From the IMG/VR virus record IMGVR_UViG_3300042558_003926, positions 124,001 to 188,000 of that record: a stretch of DNA of 64,000 nucleotides; one strand, given 5' to 3'. The position numbers were made by a program, and so were the translations under genes. Below the pieces are notes generated by a model. That model was not told where the DNA came from. It saw only the letters and a list, made by a program, of their open reading frames with translations, and did no database searches. Below are positions 57,220-64,000 of the stretch, one piece after another (positions within the stretch are counted from its first letter, which is position 1; each line of letters starts with the position of its first letter).

Positions 57220-57295
57220 GATTTTTTTCCAAATTTCTTAAACTTTTCCAAAACCTTTGCATATAAACTAGTATAAAATAAAAAAAAAACAAATT

Positions 57296-57769
57296 ATGGA
57301 AAACTTAATGATTAAAACAGAATTAATTAAAGCTCTTAACAACGACACAAGAGCTAAGGCATGGATTGCTCCAAATCTAGCATTATTTGCTAACAGCGAA
57401 AAAAATCAGGATATGTTTCTAACAACATACCGGATCAGAAATTCTTACGAGTATCTTCTTGATAAGCTAGAGGTTGGCGAGGAAATCACCGAGGATAAGG
57501 ATATGGTATTGATCCAAAGGTTATTTGATATGGACTTTTATCCACCAAGAAAGATGAGTCTTACTGATTGGAAAAATGGAAAGGATCCGAAAGTATCTAT
57601 AAAGAAAGCATACAAGGATAGAAGATGGAAAGGCAATCGCCGTAGAAAGTTTGAAATAACATTGGAGTTAGATAATGGAGATATTTATCAGATAAACCCA
57701 AACGACATTATGAATAAATTCTTAAACATAACATCGTCCCTCCCGTCACTTCTACAATCAAATCTTTAA
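57296..57769 (+). CDS. Hypothetical protein
   Basis: 157-aa ORF after TTAAAC-N18-TATAAA (57238-57267). Confidence 0.6.
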   Translation: MENLMIKTELIKALNNDTRAKAWIAPNLALFANSEKNQDMFLTTYRIRNSYEYLLDKLEVGEEITEDKDMVLIQRLFDMDFYPPRKMSLTDWKNGKDPKVSIKKAYKDRRWKGNRRRKFEITLELDNGDIYQINPNDIMNKFLNITSSLPSLLQSNL

Positions 57770-57770
57770 C

Positions 57771-57803
57771 AAAAAAGCCAATCGTAAGATTGGCTTTTTT
57801 TTT
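57771..57803. terminator. Bidirectional terminator at the strand switch
   Basis: A6-GCCAATC-GTAA-GATTGGC-T run between convergent genes. Confidence 0.9.
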
Positions 57804-57942
57804 ATTTCCCTTGTCCTCTATACCCTTTTACGTATTTCTTGGACCTTTTATTGTTAGAAGTTTTGCTCTTAGCGTGTCGATCACAGGAGCTTCTGTTTTT
57901 CTTAACGAAGTTATTAGTTGATTGTACTTTTGCCTTTGCCAT
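57802..57942 (-). CDS. Small basic protein (46 aa, not in ORF track)
   Basis: MAKAKVQSTNNFVKKNRSSCDRHAKSKTSNNKRSKKYVKGYRGQGK. Confidence 0.6.
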   Translation of the reverse strand: MAKAKVQSTNNFVKKNRSSCDRHAKSKTSNNKRSKKYVKGYRGQGK

Positions 57943-57959
57943 TTTTTGGTTTGTTATTT

Positions 57960-58568
57960 TTAAGCTATGTCAGTTGACTCTATTAGAGTGTAAGAAAAAG
58001 CGTTACCGTGTATCTTAGCAGCTTTCTTACATATCGACATGAATTGATCAAAATCTTTAACTCTTTTAAAAACCTGGCATCCTTCGCTCCAGTTTTCTAC
58101 CCACATTGAATCCTGTCCAGCTTTATGTATATTAATACCGAACATACCAGTGTCCGTTACTTTCTCCTCGTATATCATATCCCTATTTGCATCTCTCCAT
58201 ACAGTGACATTACCCTTTCTTTGGCAAAGAGCTTCATATTTACCCTGGTGCTTATCGATCATCCAAACACCTCGGTATTGTCCAGGAACTAATCTAGCAA
58301 CACCTTTCTTATTATGGAATTCCATGACACCTTTTTTGCCAGGATCACATGTACCTGCCCAGCAGAAGTATTGCCAATTTCCAGACTCATCCTTATACGA
58401 TATAGTTAAATGATCATCAAAAACGTTTGTTACCTTATCTGCAACACTGGGAGCGTTATTTCTAACACCAACAATGTTTACATCATAAGTCTTATTTGAA
58501 GCGTCTTCGAACCATTTATAGCCTTTACCTTTAATGGCTTTTTCAATCTGTTCCCTTGTGTAACTCAT
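57960..58568 (-). CDS. Putative L,D-transpeptidase-like (YkuD-fold) cell-wall enzyme/lysin
   Basis: GINIH...WSEGCQVF (H...S.GC). Minus-strand GATAAATA at 58610-58617. Confidence 0.65.
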   Translation of the reverse strand: MSYTREQIEKAIKGKGYKWFEDASNKTYDVNIVGVRNNAPSVADKVTNVFDDHLTISYKDESGNWQYFCWAGTCDPGKKGVMEFHNKKGVARLVPGQYRGVWMIDKHQGKYEALCQRKGNVTVWRDANRDMIYEEKVTDTGMFGINIHKAGQDSMWVENWSEGCQVFKRVKDFDQFMSICKKAAKIHGNAFSYTLIESTDIA

Positions 58569-58627
58569 AGTTTATTTTTCTTATTTTTAGTAGGATTCAT
58601 GATCCGATATATTTATCTTTTCCTGAC

Positions 58628-59080
58628 CTAATTTTTGTAATACTCTATCATTTTTAGAGCATTTTGAATTAACCAAGGATCTACTCCTGGTATTTTATTT
58701 AGAAAGTGAAGTTCGTACGTATAGCAGAGAACTTCTTCATTTCTAGGATCTAATTTAGAGCATAGCTGTTTGATGTATAGGTGCATGGATTCATGCACTA
58801 AAATAGCTGCTATATTGTAAATATTAGATCCTTTTATGTCATTAACAGATATGGTTATCATGGTGTCGCCTTCAGTTGTGGAAAATCCCCCATTCCAGTA
58901 TCCTATCGATTGACATGTCTCCAACAACATATTATACTTTTCAAGATCGTATTTTTTGATAATACTAATAGCGCTATCAACTTTATCTTTCCATCCATCA
59001 CCAACGTCTGCCACTTTAATCTGACCAAACGAATATGTTAGTGAAAGAGAGAATAGTATGGTTATAATTACATTCTTCAT
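58628..59080 (-). CDS. Exported HExxH metallopeptidase-like protein
   Basis: Signal peptide, VHESMH, downstream EE. Confidence 0.6.
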   Translation of the reverse strand: MKNVIITILFSLSLTYSFGQIKVADVGDGWKDKVDSAISIIKKYDLEKYNMLLETCQSIGYWNGGFSTTEGDTMITISVNDIKGSNIYNIAAILVHESMHLYIKQLCSKLDPRNEEVLCYTYELHFLNKIPGVDPWLIQNALKMIEYYKN

Positions 59081-59529
59081 AGCTTCATTACTGCTTCATG
59101 TATTGCTTTTTTTAGAGCTGATGATACAGTCATTTTTTCGAATGGGATTCCTCCTTCTTTAACCTCAATCATTATCGCTCTAATCTCTGTTTCAGATTCT
59201 CCTATACCTTCGTAGCATTTCCCATTATAGTATAGTCTAACACCAACCTGAGTAACCGATTCTGTTTTTTCTACACCAACTATCCTTATTGTGGTCTTAG
59301 GTAATCCAAAGTAAAATACTTCAACATCGATGTCGTTTCCTTCATCGGATAAACAAAACTTTTGAGACACCTCATCTTCAACAATTTGTCTTATGCCAAA
59401 TCGGATGTCCCTGTTTCCCATCTCTTTTAGTTTTGCAGTATTGTAAACCGAATCAACATAAACACACTGCTGTGCTTGTAGGTTCAGACTAAATAGGGTT
59501 AGTCCGAAAAGTAAAATCACATTTTTCAT
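59077..59529 (-). CDS. Exported hypothetical protein
   Basis: Signal peptide. The C-terminus resembles a CsgG-like tail (SSALKKAI). Confidence 0.55.
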   Translation of the reverse strand: MKNVILLFGLTLFSLNLQAQQCVYVDSVYNTAKLKEMGNRDIRFGIRQIVEDEVSQKFCLSDEGNDIDVEVFYFGLPKTTIRIVGVEKTESVTQVGVRLYYNGKCYEGIGESETEIRAIMIEVKEGGIPFEKMTVSSALKKAIHEAVMKL

Positions 59530-60116
59530 TTTATTAGATATTTATTGTAATCTGTAGATGCTGGCTTTTCATTCTTGAAATAATATCTTTCAACTTTATC
59601 TCCATATCTTATTGTTTTGTAATATCCGTCAGGAACTGTTGCACCTGTTGGAAGTACTATTGACTTGGCTGTATATACACATCTGATCTCAACCACAACG
59701 GATTTGTTTGTTTTCGCTAATTCTCTTTCCCTTGCTTCCAATAACCTCCAGGTAGTTCTATTTAGATTCTCTTGCTGGAGTGAGCAATTTAAATATGTGA
59801 AAGTTCTGAATAACATCTCTTTGGTGCAGTTAAAATCTGCTGCCGGGGCAAGATGTCCCTTATCGTAGGGATTTCCCTCGTAATCTTTATTATCGGATGT
59901 CACAATCGAATCACAGATATAAAAGTCCATACCTGTTCTTGGTGCAGATCCATTTGGACACTGTACTGTATATCTGATAAATTTAGGTTGTTGTAGTTTC
60001 TCCGAATATACAATTTCAAACATGTCGGTTTTGATGTAGACCGAATCTCTCAATGACTCTTGCGAAAAAGAAAATAGTGGAAAAATGATAATTAAAGTAA
60101 GTAGTAGTTTTTTCAT
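59526..60116 (-). CDS. Exported DNA/RNA non-specific endonuclease (NucA/Serratia type)
   Basis: YDKGHLAPAAD, N..LQ...LN...W, E, VPDGYYK. Confidence 0.92.
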   Translation of the reverse strand: MKKLLLTLIIIFPLFSFSQESLRDSVYIKTDMFEIVYSEKLQQPKFIRYTVQCPNGSAPRTGMDFYICDSIVTSDNKDYEGNPYDKGHLAPAADFNCTKEMLFRTFTYLNCSLQQENLNRTTWRLLEARERELAKTNKSVVVEIRCVYTAKSIVLPTGATVPDGYYKTIRYGDKVERYYFKNEKPASTDYNKYLIK

Positions 60117-61793
60117 TTAGTAATTTACTGTTGTTTTATAAGCTGGAGCGATGAGATAATAATTAGTACTCCCCCCACTCAAGGGTGAGTTTATTGTTAT
60201 CGATGATACACCCGGGATAGCTAATCTCATATCGGATGTATTTGCTATCAATGTGTTATATTGTGCTGTTGTATATAATTTTGATGGTGTCATACCTATC
60301 CAATTTGGCAGAAACCCAAATCTTCTTAAATTGATATATGTTTCATCAGCGACGTTTATCTTACCGTCGTAGTTAACGTCATATCTATTGTAATGAATAC
60401 TCTTAAGCGGGGTTGTACCTAAAATCAGCTTAGATACTTCAACCATATCATTTATATTTAAAGATGTGATTGGAGTTAAAGCATCTATTTGTATGTACCA
60501 TTCAGTTGCTGGGTTTGTAGGTTGGGAAAAACTATAATATCCGGAAGAATTAGTATATACTATTTGGTGTAATGCCCATGGTGTAAAATCATTGATATAA
60601 TCAAACTCTATAACATAAGGTAATGAGGTGTTTGCTAAATCGTTCCACTTGCCACCACCAACAAATTGGGTATAATCCTCAGTTCCTGAGTTGTTTGGTT
60701 CTCCTGGGTTCCAATTGGTATATTGGTTTGTCCTATATCTGTATGCGTACAGGTTAAATGTTCTATCAATTTCATCCACTGTAATTGCTCTATCGAAAAA
60801 CTGGATGAGACCTAATCTAAACGCTCCGAACCCGCCATGGCCCATATTGGTAGCATCATTCAGACCAAAAGCAAAATGTTGTTGTCCGTTACCACCATGT
60901 ATAAATGCGGCTTGGCGAGAAAAGTTAACACTACCAAAGCTTACATTATTAAGATATCCTCTCATAGTGGTTCCATCGTAAGTAATGCAGACCATATTCC
61001 AAGTATTAAGAGTGATAGCAGTACTCAATTGAACAATTCCGCTAGCGCTCCAAAAACCAACTCGTAATGTGTTAGATCCAGTAATCTCCATAATTGACTC
61101 GTGCCAACCTGACGATGGATTCGCAACATTTAATTCTGAAGCTATCACTCCATTTCCAGTAGGATAAACCCAAGCAACTACTGATATTGCTGTTGATGAG
61201 AACTGCGAAGATAAGTTATTAGTTATTGCATACTGATTAGACCCATTAAAGGCTAAGTATTTACCGCCCGTACTTGTATAGACTGGAGAATTGTATAGTG
61301 TTGCATTTACGGATGATTTTATATCCACTAAAGTTGATCCCGATGTGTAGGATGACACATCATAATCCGTCTTCAATCCACTAGTAACCTGTGTTTCTGT
61401 CCAACGATATCCCCCAACCGGTTCGGAATAAGTATATCCAGCAACTTTATCCTGATAGTATCCAATCCAACCCGATGGCCATGTATTAAACAAGAAGTTA
61501 TTTTCAGAAACATTAGAAACAGTTGCTAAGTGACCTCCCATGTTTTCACAAGCAGTTTTTGCGCTTGTCCAAGTCATCGATCCAGTAGAACGATAATATG
61601 AATGCCCGTTATAATTTGTTTGTGATGTAAATCCTACTAATGTCGGAGTGGTTCTTCTATATAATTTAATTGGCACATTTACAGCACCAGTTCCATCCGC
61701 GTTGTAGATATAACCGGAATGTGTAAAAGTTTGTGCATCTAGCGGTAACACACAAAATAATATTATTGCCCAACTAATAATCTTGTTCCACAT
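60117..61793 (-). CDS. Exported C-type lectin / LamG / dockerin-like protein
   Basis: TWTSAKTACENMGGHLA, WIG, WNPGEPN, WND. LamG-like insert and YDVNYDGKINVAD. Confidence 0.75.
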   Translation of the reverse strand: MWNKIISWAIILFCVLPLDAQTFTHSGYIYNADGTGAVNVPIKLYRRTTPTLVGFTSQTNYNGHSYYRSTGSMTWTSAKTACENMGGHLATVSNVSENNFLFNTWPSGWIGYYQDKVAGYTYSEPVGGYRWTETQVTSGLKTDYDVSSYTSGSTLVDIKSSVNATLYNSPVYTSTGGKYLAFNGSNQYAITNNLSSQFSSTAISVVAWVYPTGNGVIASELNVANPSSGWHESIMEITGSNTLRVGFWSASGIVQLSTAITLNTWNMVCITYDGTTMRGYLNNVSFGSVNFSRQAAFIHGGNGQQHFAFGLNDATNMGHGGFGAFRLGLIQFFDRAITVDEIDRTFNLYAYRYRTNQYTNWNPGEPNNSGTEDYTQFVGGGKWNDLANTSLPYVIEFDYINDFTPWALHQIVYTNSSGYYSFSQPTNPATEWYIQIDALTPITSLNINDMVEVSKLILGTTPLKSIHYNRYDVNYDGKINVADETYINLRRFGFLPNWIGMTPSKLYTTAQYNTLIANTSDMRLAIPGVSSITINSPLSGGSTNYYLIAPAYKTTVNY

Positions 61794-63592
61794 GTTATTG
61801 TATAATTTAGAGTGTTTACTTTTATAGCCCAGGCTCCCCCTGCATTTATGTTAAATTTAAATCTTTTGGTTATGTTTATGTTAGTACCAAGACTAGGTAG
61901 AACAACATAAGGTGACTTTAATACCAAATCATTATAGTAACTTACATATGGAGAATAAACGAACAGTGCCATTATCTTCATGTCTATTCTTCTTCCGAAT
62001 TTTAGATCATACATACCACCAGCGATTAAAGCAGATCCTAGGAAAGGTGTTTTATAAACTTGCCCATATGATATTGTCCCCATATAAACTGCCTTCAGAT
62101 TCGGTATCTTCGGGAACATAAACATTTGACCTCCTGCTAATGTTCCGTAAATAGAACCTCTTCCTTCAAATCCTACCGATAATGTTCCAGATAAAAGACC
62201 AACACTTTTCTTATTTATCCATGCATGATATCCAGTTAGATTTGGCCCTTTCTGAGCAGATACGTAGTCTAGTAAACCCCCACGAGCAGTTTCTCCATCC
62301 CATCTCATATTGTGATACCCACCTGTTAATTTTAGTCCTGTTCTGACTTCAGAATTTTGAAAATTAAATCCAACAAAATCACTTGATGCTATTACAGTAG
62401 GCTTACCCCCATCCTTATTTTGATTTATAGTCTTCGTAGCTCCCTGTGTAATATTTGTTTGCCCACCTTGTTCTTCTTGAGGTTTCGTCGTTTCCTCCGA
62501 ATTTGTAGTGTTTCCATTTTCATTAGGAGATCCACTATTTGAATTTCCACCGGAGTTAGAGTTGCTATTTGTTGAATTGGTAGGAGTAGGAGTAGGAGTA
62601 GGATTACCGTTAGTTATTCCCTGATTCGTTTCTCCTTTTTCCCCTTGCCCGGAAGTACTAGACCCCATATTGCCATTCCCGACAGAGCCGCTAGGATTAT
62701 TATTGACAGTGCTATTGATATTAGTTCCATTGGTATTTGAATTTTGATTATTTACAGACGGCAAAGTCTGTGTATTTCCATTTTCATTTGATCCATTTTG
62801 AGCTGCATTGCTTCCTGTTGGTGTCTCACCTTGAGCTCCAGCATTTGAACCAGAGGTTCCAATTCCTCCATTGTTTGAGCCTCCTTCATTTGATCCAGAA
62901 GTGGCTTGATTTCCTCCATTAGTGTTACCTGTTCCATTAGTTCCATTTTGATTATTTGATGCGGTGCTATTGGAGATTCCCCCTGAATTTGAATTTGTAC
63001 CGGTGCTATTGCTTGTACTGGTCTCTGAGTTATTATTAGGATTTAAGTTACTGTTTGAACTTCCCGCATTATTTGTAGATCCGCCGGCATTAGTTCCACT
63101 ATTTACAGTTCCTGAAGCCGTCTGCTGAGAATTAGCATTCCCACCGTTATTATTCTTTTTATCCCCTTTTTTTTCCCGTGTATTTGATGAATTTGATGCT
63201 GCTGTTAAAGTTCCACTTAAAAAATCAGTAGCACCATTAGATAAATCCATGAGGGAAGAAAGAGAGTTAATTATACTTATAGTATTAAGAGCAACATCCT
63301 GAGCCATGTTTATCTGGCCGCCAAGTCCAATTATCTCAGAGCATGGAGATCCATTATATTGGGAAAATATATTATTAGCCCATGATTCAAAATTCCCATT
63401 GGAGAAGTCCTGCTGTGAAAAATTACCAATAAATCCATAGTATCCCACAGTAACAGTACCGTTTATTGGTACTATTAGATTTTTAATATTGCCAGTACAT
63501 GGATCAGTGTAAGAATAATTATACGTTTGCGCATTTGTTTTTAAAAAAGCAAACACCAAAAAAAATAAAGATATAGAAATTCTTATTCTCAC
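61763..63592 (-). CDS. Exported protein with Asn/Ser/Gly/Thr-rich linker and C-terminal beta-barrel-like domain
   Basis: Signal peptide, long low-complexity stretch, amphipathic beta strands at the C-terminus. Confidence 0.7.
   Translation of the reverse strand: MRIRISISLFFLVFAFLKTNAQTYNYSYTDPCTGNIKNLIVPINGTVTVGYYGFIGNFSQQDFSNGNFESWANNIFSQYNGSPCSEIIGLGGQINMAQDVALNTISIINSLSSLMDLSNGATDFLSGTLTAASNSSNTREKKGDKKNNNGGNANSQQTASGTVNSGTNAGGSTNNAGSSNSNLNPNNNSETSTSNSTGTNSNSGGISNSTASNNQNGTNGTGNTNGGNQATSGSNEGGSNNGGIGTSGSNAGAQGETPTGSNAAQNGSNENGNTQTLPSVNNQNSNTNGTNINSTVNNNPSGSVGNGNMGSSTSGQGEKGETNQGITNGNPTPTPTPTNSTNSNSNSGGNSNSGSPNENGNTTNSEETTKPQEEQGGQTNITQGATKTINQNKDGGKPTVIASSDFVGFNFQNSEVRTGLKLTGGYHNMRWDGETARGGLLDYVSAQKGPNLTGYHAWINKKSVGLLSGTLSVGFEGRGSIYGTLAGGQMFMFPKIPNLKAVYMGTISYGQVYKTPFLGSALIAGGMYDLKFGRRIDMKIMALFVYSPYVSYYNDLVLKSPYVVLPSLGTNINITKRFKFNINAGGAWAIKVNTLNYTITCGTRLLVGQ
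62581..62602 (-). repeat. 6-nt tandem repeat encoding Pro-Thr
   Basis: (TAGGAG)n on the plus strand, read as PTPTPTPT. Confidence 0.8.
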
Positions 63593-64000
63593 CTTGGAAA
63601 TATCCCTTTCGATATAAGCCTAGTTACAACTCTTGATGAAGCTGTTTCTAAAGCTTTCTTTGTTGATATACCAACAGTAGATTGATTAAACTTCACATCA
63701 TCGCTAATGTCACCCAATATAGAAGATGTCTTGATTGTTACAGCTTCTCCCAGACCAGATCCAACTATAACCTGACTTGTTTCTGCATCAACGAATTTAA
63801 TCTGCAATCCTAATCTTGTAGTCTGATTTACTGTTTGCTGTCCATTTACCTTAATTATCTCATCTTCAGATACACTAAAGTCATAAACCTCTATATAAAC
63901 AAAATATTTAGCTAAAACCACATTACCTTTAACTTCAATCTTGTTCGAAGACACACCTTTATCTGAAGCCTTGTCCTGTGCGATCATCCTCTGCTTGATG
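63589..64000 (-). CDS. CsgG/HfaB-like protein, C-terminal part (runs off the window)
   Basis: YIEVYDFS, IKFVDAETSQVIVGSGLGEA, KKALETA. Frame open beyond 64000. Confidence 0.7.
   Translation of the reverse strand, partial: IKQRMIAQDKASDKGVSSNKIEVKGNVVLAKYFVYIEVYDFSVSEDEIIKVNGQQTVNQTTRLGLQIKFVDAETSQVIVGSGLGEAVTIKTSSILGDISDDVKFNQSTVGISTKKALETASSRVVTRLISKGIFPR

Noticed and set aside
60117-61793. Diversity-generating retroelement target (C-type lectin)
   Set aside because: No reverse transcriptase or template/variable repeat pair is visible in the window.

Overview
64 kb from a large, AT-rich, T4-like (jumbo/huge) bacteriophage genome, standard genetic code, probably infecting a Bacteroidota-type host (inferred from NrdAB type and the CsgG/outer-membrane cluster). 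Mostly plus-strand. It carries replication and nucleotide genes (PolB split into halves 14.5 kb apart, two topoisomerase II subunits, probable clamp, NrdAB, dUTPase/dCTPase, ThyA plus a second, probably dCMP-specific, TS-fold enzyme, Adk, GMP-reductase-like, RNase HII, UvsE), a tmRNA with a 31-codon tag, tRNA-Lys(UUU), Thg1, glycosyltransferases, many small accessory ORFs and a terminal minus-strand cluster of exported proteins. Most notable: (1) RNase HII is broken in its catalytic DExGRG motif by a 7-nt GGC-UGA-A-GGC arrangement directly behind a GIY-YIG endonuclease, like a miniature T4 gene 60/MobA bypass cassette (an assembly error is not excluded); (2) about ten unrelated proteins share a T4 capsid-targeting-like N-terminal leader, mostly behind a GATA(T/A)ATA motif, and one leader is duplicated exactly (66 nt) onto two different cargoes; (3) a TROVE/vWA-like gene is followed by a separately transcribed pair of end-paired ncRNA units; (4) one transcript has complementary 5' and 3' ends about 950 nt apart. 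All function calls come from motif recognition by eye; no database searches were run.
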